Below are positions 8,885-19,008 of a stretch of DNA of 30,078 nt, piece after piece (position 1 is the first letter of the stretch; the number at the start of each line of letters is the position of its first letter). Position numbers and translations under genes: made by a program. Source of the DNA: Fibrobacterales bacterium (GTDB lineage Bacteria > Fibrobacterota > Fibrobacteria > Fibrobacterales > JAOPTW01); the NCBI GenBank assembly GCA_051532055.1, contig JAOPTX010000010.1:167613-197690 (forward strand), given 5' to 3'. The notes under the pieces are model-generated. The model made no database searches, was not told where the DNA came from, and saw only the letters and a program-made list of their open reading frames with translations.

Positions 8885-10216
8885 TTAACTTCTCTCCCTT
8901 CTAATACGCATAACATTTCCTTTGCCTAGTCGAATATAATCGAGAATAGGACGGTTGGAGGGGCAGGCATAACTACAGCTGCCACACTCAATACAATCAG
9001 TGATATCATCTTTTTCTGCTTCTTCGTAAAAACCTTTAGCAGAGAGCTTTTCAAGTAGCTGTGGTTCAAGACCCATTGGGCATACGGTAACACATTTTGC
9101 ACACCGTATACAGTTATCTACGGTGCCGCGGCGTGCATCTGATTCATCCAGGATAGTAATTCCTGAAGTGCCTTTAACAACGGGGGCATCTATGTTGGTA
9201 CATGCTCCACCCATCATAGGGCCACCACTGATTACTTTTCCAGTGTTCTCTGGGAGCCCACCAGCTGCTTCGATCAGGTCAGTCATCGGAGTGCCAATTC
9301 GTGTAAGAAAGTTAGAAGGGTTTGAAACATTTTTTCCGGTTACTGTTACTACGCGGTCGATCAGTGGTTTGTTTTTTTGAACGGCCTCATAGATTGCAAG
9401 AGCGGAACCAACATTACTCACGACACATCCCACTTCTAGAGGAAGAGTGCCACTGGGCACTTCACGATTAACCGTAGCTTTAATGAGTTGTTTTTCTGCA
9501 CCTTGAGGATACTGAACTTTAAGAGGAACTATTTTAGTTCCAGGAAATGAAGAGGCAAGCTCGGTCATTATAGCAATAGCATCAGGCTTATTTCCCTCAA
9601 TACCAATCACTGCCTTTTCGACTTGCAATGCTTTTTTCATTGCTTCAACACCAATGAGAATCTCTTCGGTGCGTTCAAGCATAATACGATGATCGGCAGT
9701 AAGATAGGGTTCACACTCTACTGCATTGATTACGAGGTGATCGGCCTTCTTCCCTTCGGGTATCATGAATTTTACGTGAGAGGGAAAGCACGCCCCTCCA
9801 AGACCAACAATACCAAAACTCTTAATACGTGCAACAATCTCTTGAGGGGAGAGTGTTATATCGCGGAGTATTGTATCACTTCTGTCGATATTCTCTTCCC
9901 AGTCATCACCTGAAACTTTGATGGTTACTGCTGTCTTTTTATAGCCGTTATGAGCTGCGACTTCTTCGATTTTTGCAACGGTACCCGATACTGATGAGTG
10001 AATATTGGCTGAGATAAATCCTGCTGCCTGACCGATAGGGGTGCCAACTTTAACGGTATCACCTTTTTTGACGAGAGCAGACGCAGGGGCGCCTATATGT
10101 TGCGAGAGAGGAATGCTCACTTGTTTTGGGGTGGGCAATACTACTATGGGTGCACCGGCAGAAAACTTGTTTTCTGGAGGGTGTACACCGCCTATTTTAA
10201 ATGTTTTAAATATCAA
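8885..10216 (-). CDS. rnfC: Rnf complex subunit C
   Basis: QHIGAP, GIVGLGGACFP, ECEPYLTADHR, YPQGAEKQL, GGPMMG; two 4Fe-4S motifs (CIRCAKCVTVCP, CIECGSCSYACP); TTG start. Confidence 0.96.
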   Translation of the reverse strand: MIFKTFKIGGVHPPENKFSAGAPIVVLPTPKQVSIPLSQHIGAPASALVKKGDTVKVGTPIGQAAGFISANIHSSVSGTVAKIEEVAAHNGYKKTAVTIKVSGDDWEENIDRSDTILRDITLSPQEIVARIKSFGIVGLGGACFPSHVKFMIPEGKKADHLVINAVECEPYLTADHRIMLERTEEILIGVEAMKKALQVEKAVIGIEGNKPDAIAIMTELASSFPGTKIVPLKVQYPQGAEKQLIKATVNREVPSGTLPLEVGCVVSNVGSALAIYEAVQKNKPLIDRVVTVTGKNVSNPSNFLTRIGTPMTDLIEAAGGLPENTGKVISGGPMMGGACTNIDAPVVKGTSGITILDESDARRGTVDNCIRCAKCVTVCPMGLEPQLLEKLSAKGFYEEAEKDDITDCIECGSCSYACPSNRPILDYIRLGKGNVMRIRRERS

Positions 10217-10236
10217 ACCATTCTCCGTATATTATC

Positions 10237-11148
10237 CTACGCCTCGGTAGAAGCTTGTTGTTCTTCTTTGGCTTTACGTTTTGCCTCTTTAGCTTCACGC
10301 TCTTCTCTGAGGGCTTTCGGAACTTTAGGCTCCCAAGTTGCTGAGATAGCATCAGTGGGGCAGTAATGAAAACAGATACCACATGCGGTACATTTGTCCG
10401 GATCAATATAGGCCCGGTTATTGATCATTTCGATTGCATTGAAATTATCGGGACATGCTTTTTCACATTTGGAACATCCAATACAGGCGACTTCACAATT
10501 CTTTTTAGATGCCCCACCTTTCTCTTCATTCATACAGTTGATCCAGATTCTTTTTCCCTTTTTACCAAGAGGACGAATCTCAATCAAATCTCTAGGGCAT
10601 GCGGTAACACAGCCATTACAACTAGTGCATTTATCTTCAAGTATCACAGGGAGTTTAGTCTCTTCATCCATGTACATTGCATCAAAGTCACAGGCAATAA
10701 CACAATCTCCGCAACCAAGGCATCCTGTTGGGCATCCGCCTTCACCGCTATGAAGGGTATGGGCAATTGAACAATTCATTGGGCCATCATATTCGGCTTT
10801 GGCAATAGATTTTTCACATGAGCCTCCACACCTGAGAACTGCAACAGTAGGCGAGCCAGCTTCTACAGCCATACCGAGGAATGTACCGACGCTTTCTGCG
10901 CATTCATTTCCACCTGGTGGACAACTTAAACCAGCAATATCACCTTCATCTGCCCCTCTTACAAGTGCCTCAGCAAAGCCACGACATCCTGGAAAACCGC
11001 AACCACCACAATTTGCAGCGGGTAACAGCTCTTGAACGGAGTCTATTCGTGGGTCTTCATAAACATGGAATTTCTTTGCAACAATATAGAGTACCATGGC
11101 TGCAACAAGTGCAATGGACCCGAGGGTAAGTACGGTTGAAAGTATCAC
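10237..11148 (-). CDS. rnfB: Rnf complex subunit B (polyferredoxin type)
   Basis: TM anchor, LPAANCGGCGFPGC, four further Cys clusters (CLGCGDC, CTSCNGCVTACP, CIGCSKCEKACP, CTACGICFHYCP), charged helical tail; GTG start. Confidence 0.95.
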   Translation of the reverse strand: MILSTVLTLGSIALVAAMVLYIVAKKFHVYEDPRIDSVQELLPAANCGGCGFPGCRGFAEALVRGADEGDIAGLSCPPGGNECAESVGTFLGMAVEAGSPTVAVLRCGGSCEKSIAKAEYDGPMNCSIAHTLHSGEGGCPTGCLGCGDCVIACDFDAMYMDEETKLPVILEDKCTSCNGCVTACPRDLIEIRPLGKKGKRIWINCMNEEKGGASKKNCEVACIGCSKCEKACPDNFNAIEMINNRAYIDPDKCTACGICFHYCPTDAISATWEPKVPKALREEREAKEAKRKAKEEQQASTEA

Positions 11149-11162
11149 GGTATTTCCTTTTC

Positions 11163-11585
11163 TTACGATGTTTTCTTTTTGGCGGTAAAGACAAAATTTT
11201 TGGTAATCTGTTTTTTAAAGAGGAAGAGCATACTATAATATGGGATAAGAGTCGCGAGGCTGATGAGCGCTGCTAGTGACTCATTGCCCGATACGATATA
11301 GGTAATAATAAGCCCACCGAGCATACAGAAAAAGGGGATAATAAAAGTATATAATACAGCAAGCCAACCTTGCCTTTCACCCATTTCTAAAATAACACGT
11401 TCACCCGGAATAAGGGTTTCTGCTGCGAGGGCATCGATAACTTTTTCGGTGGATTCTACTGAATTGCAAACTGACTTGGCTTGACATGTTTCACAGGCAG
11501 CGGGTTGAACTATTGTGACTGCAACACTAAGGCCTGTTACAGAATTAACAATACCCTCTCTACAAATGTTGTTTTCTTTGTTCAT
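11163..11585 (-). CDS. rseC: RseC/MucC family protein (SoxR-reducing system accessory)
   Basis: EGIV..ACETCQAKSVC motif, two C-terminal TM helices; first gene of the rnf operon. Confidence 0.88.
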   Translation of the reverse strand: MNKENNICREGIVNSVTGLSVAVTIVQPAACETCQAKSVCNSVESTEKVIDALAAETLIPGERVILEMGERQGWLAVLYTFIIPFFCMLGGLIITYIVSGNESLAALISLATLIPYYSMLFLFKKQITKNFVFTAKKKTS

Positions 11586-11618
11586 CCGACATTCATTATG
11601 AATTAAATAGCAAATTTA

Positions 11619-11627
11619 AATATAGCA
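11619..11627 (-). promoter_or_regulatory. Putative extended -10 promoter of the rseC-rnf operon
   Basis: TGCTATATT on the - strand about 33 nt upstream of the rseC ATG. Confidence 0.4.
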
Positions 11628-11823
11628 AAGTTGTAATCAATAACATCTTTCCGGCGGTAATTTGCAGATTATGGCCGATTAAATTAAAAATTTGGCCTTT
11701 GCTAATTTATTATGGATAATGGGCTTGCCACAATGATCCTTGTGTATTAATCACATTTGAACGTTGTTTTGGTGTATAAAGAGCCTTTAATTAAATAGGA
11801 TATTGAATAAATGAGAGGTACTC

Positions 11824-11855
11824 AAAAAAAAAGACCTTCAAATAATTGAAGGTCT
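11824..11855 (-). terminator. Intrinsic terminator of the fad operon
   Basis: Perfect AGACCTTCAA-ATAA-TTGAAGGTCT stem with a 9-U tail on the - strand. Confidence 0.9.
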
Positions 11856-11882
11856 CAGCTATCTCAATAATACTACTGGTAC

Positions 11883-13802
11883 CTATTCGTCAGCACTATC
11901 TGTCCAAATGACTCCTTCTTCAAGCCAGTTAATATCTTCTTCAAGAACACTCGCTGCGAGCTTAACTCGTTTATGGTCACAGTTGTCAGAGAGGTCATCA
12001 AAAAGCTTAGCCACTCTATTCTCGGCATCGAGGGAATAGACATCAGCTAAGTAGAGTGGGGTCATGTCATCACCGTTTTTTTCAAAAAGTGATATGGCGT
12101 ATGAACAGGTTGTAGCAATAACAAAGAGTTCAGTGCCAATATCCATAAGTCGTCCCAGTACCATCTGTTTGCTTTCAAGTTTCTCTTGGTAAAGTCCCAT
12201 ATAATGAAAGATAGTTCGGGCGAGTTTATGGCTGGTGGATTCTACAAATTTATAGTGCTTCGCAAGCTTTCCTTTATCCGTATGGCTATTCCAGAGACTA
12301 GAATTGATCCACTGTTTAGGGTACCATTTGGCGTAAAAGGATGCAAGCTGTACCCCGGCGTGGAGTTTCTTGTTTTTTGGACCGTGTTTTTTAATTAGGT
12401 CTGCAGCGATTTTAAGGTGGGGATCCATTGCTTCTCGTGCCAAAAATAGTTGCATGATGTCGCTAGTACCTTCAATGATCCGATTAATACGACAGTCGCG
12501 AAGCATCCTTTCTATAGGGAATGGGTCTTCGCCTCGAGCTTTGAGGGAGGACGCTTTCTCATAACCTCTTCCTCCTCGAAATTGGAGTGCGGTATCAATA
12601 AGTTCCCATGAACGTTCTGTTGACCATAGTTTTGCCATAGCGGCTTCAATTCTAATATCTTTATCTGGGTCATCAGCCCAGGCTGATGTGAGGAGTGATA
12701 CCGCTTCAAGAGCAAAGGTAGTGGATGCGACAAAAGATATTTTTTGTGCGCCTGCCTCATGTTCTCCGATAGGAGCTCCCCATTGTTTTCGCTTATTACC
12801 CCATCGACGCATATAACTGAGGCACTGTTTGGCCATACCAACACTTGATGCAGGGATAGTTAGGCGACCAGTATTAAGTGTTGCAAGGGCAAGTTTAAGT
12901 CCTTTACCTTTGCCCCAAATAATGTTGTCGACCGGTACGGTAACATCGGTAAATGTCATGATTCCATTTTGAATCGCTCGAATTCCCATAAAGTCGCAAC
13001 GATGGGTTACCTGAATACCAGGATATGATTTTTCTACGATAAAAGCAGTTATCTGCTTTACCTCACGACCATTAATGTCTTTGGGTTCTGTCTGAGCCAT
13101 TACTACCATTAGGTCGGCAATGGGTCCATTGGTACACCAGAGCTTTGTACCATTAATGACATAATGAGTTCCCTCTTCATTTAACACCGCAGTGGTTTGC
13201 ATCTGAGCAGGGTCAGAGCCAACACCCGGTTCAGTGAGCGCAAAGGCTGAAATTTTGCCTTCAGCAAATTGTGGGAGATACTTCTTTTTTTGTGCTTCAG
13301 TGCCGAAAAGTTTTAACGGTTGTGGAATACCAATAGATTGGTGAGCTGATATGAAGACGGCAGTTGATGCGCACCATGATGTAATCGCGGCCATGACTCG
13401 ACCATAATTTACCTGAGAGAGTCCCAGGCCATTATACTCCTTGGGAACTTTCATGGCAAATAGATTCATTTTTTTGAATCCTTCGATAATTTCATCGGGA
13501 ATCGTTCTGGTTTCATCTACCTCTTCGGCGTCAAGATTTTCTTTTAAGAACACTGATACTTCTTTTACTAGAGTATCTCCAATGTGGCGTTCGCTTTCAC
13601 TTTGGATCGGAAAAGGAAAGATTGCATCGAGGTCAAGGTTCCCCATAAAGATATTGCCAGCAAAACTGGCACTTTTCCAAACCTCTTCACGTGCATCTTC
13701 GGTCAGGTTGAGTGCTGATGCTTTACCTTCAGACATATGTGAGGTATCTATGAGCATTTCTGGGTCTTCTATTTCTTGTGGTTCATTTGTATTGTCAGAC
13801 AT
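11883..13802 (-). CDS. fadE: Acyl-CoA dehydrogenase (long, VLCAD/ACAD9-like)
   Basis: AFALTEPGVGSD, INGTKLWCTNG, LNTGRL, GGRGY, RDCRINRIIEGT (catalytic Glu), C-terminal extension. Confidence 0.92.
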   Translation of the reverse strand: MSDNTNEPQEIEDPEMLIDTSHMSEGKASALNLTEDAREEVWKSASFAGNIFMGNLDLDAIFPFPIQSESERHIGDTLVKEVSVFLKENLDAEEVDETRTIPDEIIEGFKKMNLFAMKVPKEYNGLGLSQVNYGRVMAAITSWCASTAVFISAHQSIGIPQPLKLFGTEAQKKKYLPQFAEGKISAFALTEPGVGSDPAQMQTTAVLNEEGTHYVINGTKLWCTNGPIADLMVVMAQTEPKDINGREVKQITAFIVEKSYPGIQVTHRCDFMGIRAIQNGIMTFTDVTVPVDNIIWGKGKGLKLALATLNTGRLTIPASSVGMAKQCLSYMRRWGNKRKQWGAPIGEHEAGAQKISFVASTTFALEAVSLLTSAWADDPDKDIRIEAAMAKLWSTERSWELIDTALQFRGGRGYEKASSLKARGEDPFPIERMLRDCRINRIIEGTSDIMQLFLAREAMDPHLKIAADLIKKHGPKNKKLHAGVQLASFYAKWYPKQWINSSLWNSHTDKGKLAKHYKFVESTSHKLARTIFHYMGLYQEKLESKQMVLGRLMDIGTELFVIATTCSYAISLFEKNGDDMTPLYLADVYSLDAENRVAKLFDDLSDNCDHKRVKLAASVLEEDINWLEEGVIWTDSADE

Positions 13803-13809
13803 ACAGTCC

Positions 13810-15951
13810 TCACTGGTAAAAGGTTTGGTTTTTACTTGCTTTTTCTGTTAAAAGTGGTGCGGGCTCGAACCGAGAGCCGTATTGCCGGGTTAAGAGTTCA
13901 AGTTCTGAAACAATTTTTTTAAGGCCAATACTATCTGCATATCTCAGTGGGCCACCTCTGAATGGGGGGAACCCGGAGCCAAGTATCATTGCCATATCAA
14001 GATATTCGGGGCTTTGTACGATACCCTCTTCTATACAGCGTGCAGACTCGTTAATCATTGAGTATATGCAGCGCTTAATTATAGTATCGGTGTCGATTGG
14101 TGAGGTAGTGGTGAGGAATTCATTTCTAATCGTTATTACTTCAGGATTTACGGATTGTTTTTTGCCTGAATGGAGATAGAAACCCTTACCACTTTTTTTA
14201 CCACGGAGAGAAGAATTAGCCATAAGTGAATCAAATATTGGAGCTGTTTTCATTCGCTCACCATATCCCTCTTCGAGAATTTTTGCAACATGATACCCTA
14301 TGTCTATGCCTACCTCATCGGTAAGGGTAAAGGGACCCATAGGCATTCCATAGTCAAGAATTATCTTGTCAATTTCTTCGATGTCACCGCCTTCCTGCCA
14401 GAGTTTTACTGCTTCGTTGAGATAGGGAATTAATATGCGGTTGACCAAAAATCCTGGACAGTCTTGAACGACAATGGGAGTTTTGCCAAGTTTTTTACTG
14501 AGGGTAACGACCGAGGCAATAACCGAGTTCGAACTCTCTTTCCCTGCAATCACCTCTACAAGGGGCATTCTGTTCACAGGATTAAAAAAGTGCATCCCAA
14601 CAAATTTTGACGGCCGTTCAAGTGCCGAAGCCATCTCGGTAATAGAGAGGGATGATGTGTTGGATGCGAGGATAGCATTCGGGGGGAGGTGGTCTTCGCA
14701 TTCTTTAAGGACTTTCTTTTTGACTTCCATATTTTCGACAACTGCTTCTATAGCAATATCACGATCTGAAAATCCGGTAAAATCTAGTGTTCCACCAATG
14801 TGCTGCATCTTAACAGCAACTTGGTGTTTGTTGAGCTTCCGTATTTTAATAAGCTGGCCATACATTTTGGCAGCAGAACTAAAACCAATATTGATTGCCC
14901 CCCACGTAATGTCTTTCATACGGACAGAAATGTCTTTCATACTGAGGGCCCAGGCAATGCCACCACCCATGATTCCTGCTCCAATAACAGCAGCAGAATC
15001 GATATGTTTTATTTCAACATCTTCGGGTACTCCCGTTTCTTTTTTGAGTGCCTCAGAAGTAAAGAATACTTGAATAAGGTTTTTTGAAATGTCTGTAACT
15101 GCAACGTTTGCAAAATGCTCTCGTTCTATAGCGTACCCGTTTGAAGATACTGGGTAGGTTTGCTCAATAACAGCAAGAGCTACAAGTGGTGCAGGATATT
15201 GACCTTTCGTTTTAGCAAAGAGTAGTTTTTTTGTTTTGCTATACACTATTTTTCGGCCCATTGATGTGCTTTCAAATACTTTTTGTATCAGCACTTTATT
15301 AGTGCGTCTCTTTTGTGATTTTTTTAAGAATGAAGAATCCTCAAGTAGATTTTGTAGGATTTTTTCAGATTCATCCTTAAAAAATTCCTTTTTGAAATAC
15401 GTATCAATTATTTTGAATCGATACCCTTTTTTGGTGTCAAATACTTTTGCACCAAGTATCAGATCAAGTGCGGTAGTCAGGCCAGTAATATGAGGGAGTC
15501 TCTGAGTGCCACCAAAACCAGGAATAATACCGAGTGATACTTCAGGGAGGCCCAGTTTACATTTTGGGTTATCAGAGGCAATACGAAGATCACAAGCGAG
15601 TGCTAACTCCATACCACCCCCTAAACATGCACCGTCAATGAGGGCTATAGTAATAAAAGGGAGGGATGCAATAAGATTACAGATGTCTTGGCCGTATTGC
15701 GCTTTTTGCATTGCGTCACTTGGATTTACAATATCTTTAATTTCTGAGATATCTGCACCTGCAATAAAGCAGCCTTCTTTGGCAGAGGTAAAGGCGACGA
15801 CTTTAAGAGTAGCGCGCCCCTTGATGTTTTCGAGTATGGTTTTTAGTTCTTTAAGAACGGAGCTTCCGAGAGTATTTACTCGGGAGTCTGCTTGATTAAA
15901 GGTGATAGTTGCAAGTCCTGAATCAGCTATGTCGAGTGTTACATTACTCAT
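13810..15951 (-). CDS. fadJ: Multifunctional enoyl-CoA hydratase / 3-hydroxyacyl-CoA dehydrogenase (FadJ/FadB)
   Basis: FIAGADI, CLGGGMELALACD, LPEV (crotonase); GAGIMGGG, SNTSSL, GMHFFNPV, GFPPFRGGP (HCDH). Confidence 0.9.
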   Translation of the reverse strand: MSNVTLDIADSGLATITFNQADSRVNTLGSSVLKELKTILENIKGRATLKVVAFTSAKEGCFIAGADISEIKDIVNPSDAMQKAQYGQDICNLIASLPFITIALIDGACLGGGMELALACDLRIASDNPKCKLGLPEVSLGIIPGFGGTQRLPHITGLTTALDLILGAKVFDTKKGYRFKIIDTYFKKEFFKDESEKILQNLLEDSSFLKKSQKRRTNKVLIQKVFESTSMGRKIVYSKTKKLLFAKTKGQYPAPLVALAVIEQTYPVSSNGYAIEREHFANVAVTDISKNLIQVFFTSEALKKETGVPEDVEIKHIDSAAVIGAGIMGGGIAWALSMKDISVRMKDITWGAINIGFSSAAKMYGQLIKIRKLNKHQVAVKMQHIGGTLDFTGFSDRDIAIEAVVENMEVKKKVLKECEDHLPPNAILASNTSSLSITEMASALERPSKFVGMHFFNPVNRMPLVEVIAGKESSNSVIASVVTLSKKLGKTPIVVQDCPGFLVNRILIPYLNEAVKLWQEGGDIEEIDKIILDYGMPMGPFTLTDEVGIDIGYHVAKILEEGYGERMKTAPIFDSLMANSSLRGKKSGKGFYLHSGKKQSVNPEVITIRNEFLTTTSPIDTDTIIKRCIYSMINESARCIEEGIVQSPEYLDMAMILGSGFPPFRGGPLRYADSIGLKKIVSELELLTRQYGSRFEPAPLLTEKASKNQTFYQ

Positions 15952-17239
15952 GGTCTACCTCCAGTAAGAGGGCCCCGCCCTGTCCGCCGCCAATACAAAG
16001 GGTTGCGATGCCTCGTTGAGCACCTCTTCGTTTTAACTCTTTAAGAAGAGTGAGAACAAGTCGCGTTCCGGTAGCTCCAACAGGGTGCCCAATAGCGATT
16101 GCGCCGCCATTAACATTAATGATATCAGGATCTATAGCGCCAACTGCAGTATCTGAATGGAGATAGTGTTTAGAAAAGTCGTCTGACTCAAAAGCTTTGA
16201 GGTTTCCGATGATTTGTGATGCAAATGCTTCATTCATTTCTATGAGATCTATATCTGAAATAGAGAGCCCTGTTTTTTGTAATAACTTTGCAGTTGAATA
16301 AACAGGGCCAAGTCCCATTCTATTTGGAGGGAGTCCAGCATAGCTATAATCACTTAAATACCCTAAAGGAGTTAAATTGAGTTCTTTGGCGCGTGATTCT
16401 GTCATGATAAGGAGCATTCCCGCGCCATCAGTAAGTGGACAAGCGTTGCCAGGGGTGACTGAACCACTGACTGGTTCAAAAACAGGACGGAGCTTACCCA
16501 GTGCCTTCATATTTTGTTCAGCTCTGATTCCGGTGTCTCTGTCAATAAGGTTTTTGTAACTCGGTGGATTGGGAGTGGGTATCAGTTCTTCAGCGAGTAT
16601 CCCTGTCTCTTGGGCTTTTGCTGCTTTGTGATGACTCTCCATCGCGTACCGGTCCTGTTCTTCCCGAGTTATGCCAAATTCTCGAACAAGTACCTCAGCA
16701 GTTTGCCCCATATTGAGTGAACACGTAGGGTCTGTTAGTCCTTGAATGACGGCTATATCGGGTTTTAAGTGAGAGAGTCTAAATGTCGAAAGGGTTTTTA
16801 ATTTTGCGAGAGTTCCTTTGGCTTTTTGGAGTGAACCAAAAAACTTGGTCATTGCACTATTAAAAAGAAGGGGATAGTTACTCATTGATTCAGCCCCACC
16901 GACAATCATGATGGACGCTTCACCTGCGAGTATTTTGTTGGTTGCGGTGGTGAGTGATTCGAATCCCGAAGCACAGTTTCGGTTGACGGTATAGGCTGGG
17001 ATCGAAAGAGGAAGGCCTGCTTTAATAGCAATAATGCGAGCTATATTTGCTTTGTCTGAAGGTTGTCCGACATTCCCAATGATAACTTCGTCTATGAGAT
17101 GTGGGTCAATTGGGACCCGTTCTAATAATTCCTTAAGAATGTGAGCTCCAAGGTCATCGGCAGGTGTTCCATTGAAGTCAGTTCCCGCTTTACAAAATGG
17201 GGTTCGGAGTCCATCAATTATTGCTATTCTCTCTTTCAT
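15944..17239 (-). CDS. fadI: 3-ketoacyl-CoA thiolase (FadI/FadA)
   Basis: NRNCASG (active Cys), NEAFA, GHPVGATG, CIGGGQG; 8-nt overlap with the next gene. Confidence 0.9.
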   Translation of the reverse strand: MKERIAIIDGLRTPFCKAGTDFNGTPADDLGAHILKELLERVPIDPHLIDEVIIGNVGQPSDKANIARIIAIKAGLPLSIPAYTVNRNCASGFESLTTATNKILAGEASIMIVGGAESMSNYPLLFNSAMTKFFGSLQKAKGTLAKLKTLSTFRLSHLKPDIAVIQGLTDPTCSLNMGQTAEVLVREFGITREEQDRYAMESHHKAAKAQETGILAEELIPTPNPPSYKNLIDRDTGIRAEQNMKALGKLRPVFEPVSGSVTPGNACPLTDGAGMLLIMTESRAKELNLTPLGYLSDYSYAGLPPNRMGLGPVYSTAKLLQKTGLSISDIDLIEMNEAFASQIIGNLKAFESDDFSKHYLHSDTAVGAIDPDIINVNGGAIAIGHPVGATGTRLVLTLLKELKRRGAQRGIATLCIGGGQGGALLLEVDHE

Positions 17240-17241
17240 GG

Positions 17242-19008
17242 TTACACCTCTATTTCTGGATACATGGCTGAAATTTCTTCACTAAATTTTTTATCAATAA
17301 CATGACGACGGAGTTTCATAGTAGGAGTAAGTTCACCTGATTCAATTGAAATGGGTTGAGGTATAATAGTGAATGCTTGAATTTGTTCCCAATGATCGAG
17401 CTTTTTATTTACTCGTTGTATGATTTCCTCGATATGGTTTCGGTAAATTTTTGAATTGATAAATTCGTCATCACTCATTTTGGACGCTTTAAATTTACGT
17501 TTTACTTGTGGGATTATTTCGAAGTCAGGAAAAATAAGACAACTGGCAAATTTTCGGTTATCAGCAATAACGGCTGCTGCTTCTATTGTTTTAGTAAGAC
17601 AGAGACGGTGTTCTATGGGGAGAGGTGATACATACTTTCCTGTGGATGTTTTGAAGAGTTCTTTAATGCGACCCAGGAGAACAAGGAATCCGTCTTCATC
17701 AAATGAACCCCGGTCACCGGTGTGGAGCCATCCATCTTTTATGATTTTCTCTGTTTCCGTGGGCATGTTGTGATATCCCTGCATTAAGTTTTCACCTTGT
17801 GCGATCACTTCACCATCGTCAGAAATTTTTATGGTAACATTGGGGAAGGGGTGCCCGACCGTGCCAAGCTTATTACACCCTGGGAAGTTTGCAGCAATAA
17901 CAGGAGAGCACTCTGTAAGGCCATATCCTTGATAAACGGGAACTCCAATGTTGGTAAAAAATCGTCCAATTTTTGGGAAAAGTGCTGCGCCCCCAACTAT
18001 TGTCATTCTGAGTCGGCCACCAAGTCCATCTCTAATTTTAGAGTAGACTATTTTGTTGAGTATTCGGTATTGTAGCGTTGTTTGATCAAGATCGATACGC
18101 ATAGCATATCCAATGGCAATTTTAAGAAGGAGTTTTTTTATACCTCGTTCGGTATTCGGTTTGGCAAGAATTTTAGCATAGGCTTTCTCAAGTATGCGCG
18201 GTACCATTGTCATTATAGTTGGTTTCACCTCTTTCATGAATTCACCAACTTTTTTAACATCATCAACAAAATAGATACTCGCTCCTGAACTTACATAATA
18301 ATACATAACCATTCGCTCAAATACATGGGCGAGAGGGAGGCAGCTTAATATGGTATCAGAGTGAGAATCAATGGGGAACCGTTGAGCAGAACCATGTATT
18401 TGCATCGTTAAGCTTTGGTGAGTAAGTACCACACCCTTGGGGGTGCCTGTACTGCCGCTTGTGTAAATTATTGTTGCAATATCTTCCGGTGAAACCAAAT
18501 CACGCATTTTGCTATAGAGATCTGGTTCCTTCTCAGAGAGTTCATCTCCTGAGAGCAGTATGTCCTGTATATTGACAATGTTAGTTCCTTGAACTTGCAC
18601 GCTATTGGAAATGACTGTTTTAAAACGCCCAAACTCAGATTTGATATGATCTTCAATTTCATCGTCACCATCGATAAAGAGATATTTAATATTGCCATCT
18701 TTAACTTCGTGGTCAAAATGTTCATGAGAAATGTTGTGAAACATCGGTATGGATACCGCTTTGTTGATCATAATAGCAACATCGACCATAAGCCATTGGG
18801 GGGATGGACGGGAGATTATGCCGACACCATCGCCTGGTTGAATACCTAATTGTTTGAAGCCGAGAGCGAGACGCCGAATGCGTTCAACAAATTTTGAGGT
18901 TGAGTAACTTTCCCAGCGATCAAGTATTTTGATATTGAGTGCTTTGGAATTACTGTATTGATTTAATACCTGCTGAATCATTTCGGGTATGGTATTGAAA
19001 TCATGCAT
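17242..19008 (-). CDS. fadD: Long-chain fatty acid-CoA ligase
   Basis: YTSGSTGTPKGV, QGYGLTE, TGD, GRIKE..GKYVSP, TPTMKLRR. Start placed at ATG 19008 (GGAGG RBS), not 19074. Confidence 0.92.
   Translation of the reverse strand: MHDFNTIPEMIQQVLNQYSNSKALNIKILDRWESYSTSKFVERIRRLALGFKQLGIQPGDGVGIISRPSPQWLMVDVAIMINKAVSIPMFHNISHEHFDHEVKDGNIKYLFIDGDDEIEDHIKSEFGRFKTVISNSVQVQGTNIVNIQDILLSGDELSEKEPDLYSKMRDLVSPEDIATIIYTSGSTGTPKGVVLTHQSLTMQIHGSAQRFPIDSHSDTILSCLPLAHVFERMVMYYYVSSGASIYFVDDVKKVGEFMKEVKPTIMTMVPRILEKAYAKILAKPNTERGIKKLLLKIAIGYAMRIDLDQTTLQYRILNKIVYSKIRDGLGGRLRMTIVGGAALFPKIGRFFTNIGVPVYQGYGLTECSPVIAANFPGCNKLGTVGHPFPNVTIKISDDGEVIAQGENLMQGYHNMPTETEKIIKDGWLHTGDRGSFDEDGFLVLLGRIKELFKTSTGKYVSPLPIEHRLCLTKTIEAAAVIADNRKFASCLIFPDFEIIPQVKRKFKASKMSDDEFINSKIYRNHIEEIIQRVNKKLDHWEQIQAFTIIPQPISIESGELTPTMKLRRHVIDKKFSEEISAMYPEIEV

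Noticed and set aside
6098..11148. Nqr rather than Rnf
   Set aside because: Presence of RnfB and RnfC Fe-S subunits and rseC, and absence of NqrA/NqrF, identify Rnf.
14474..15073. 199-aa + strand ORF and the other antisense or nested ORFs in the track (for example 6849-7292, 10366-10770, 13441-13851, 23596-23985, 27577-27936)
   Set aside because: Shadow frames overlapping well-supported genes; no motifs or expression signals.
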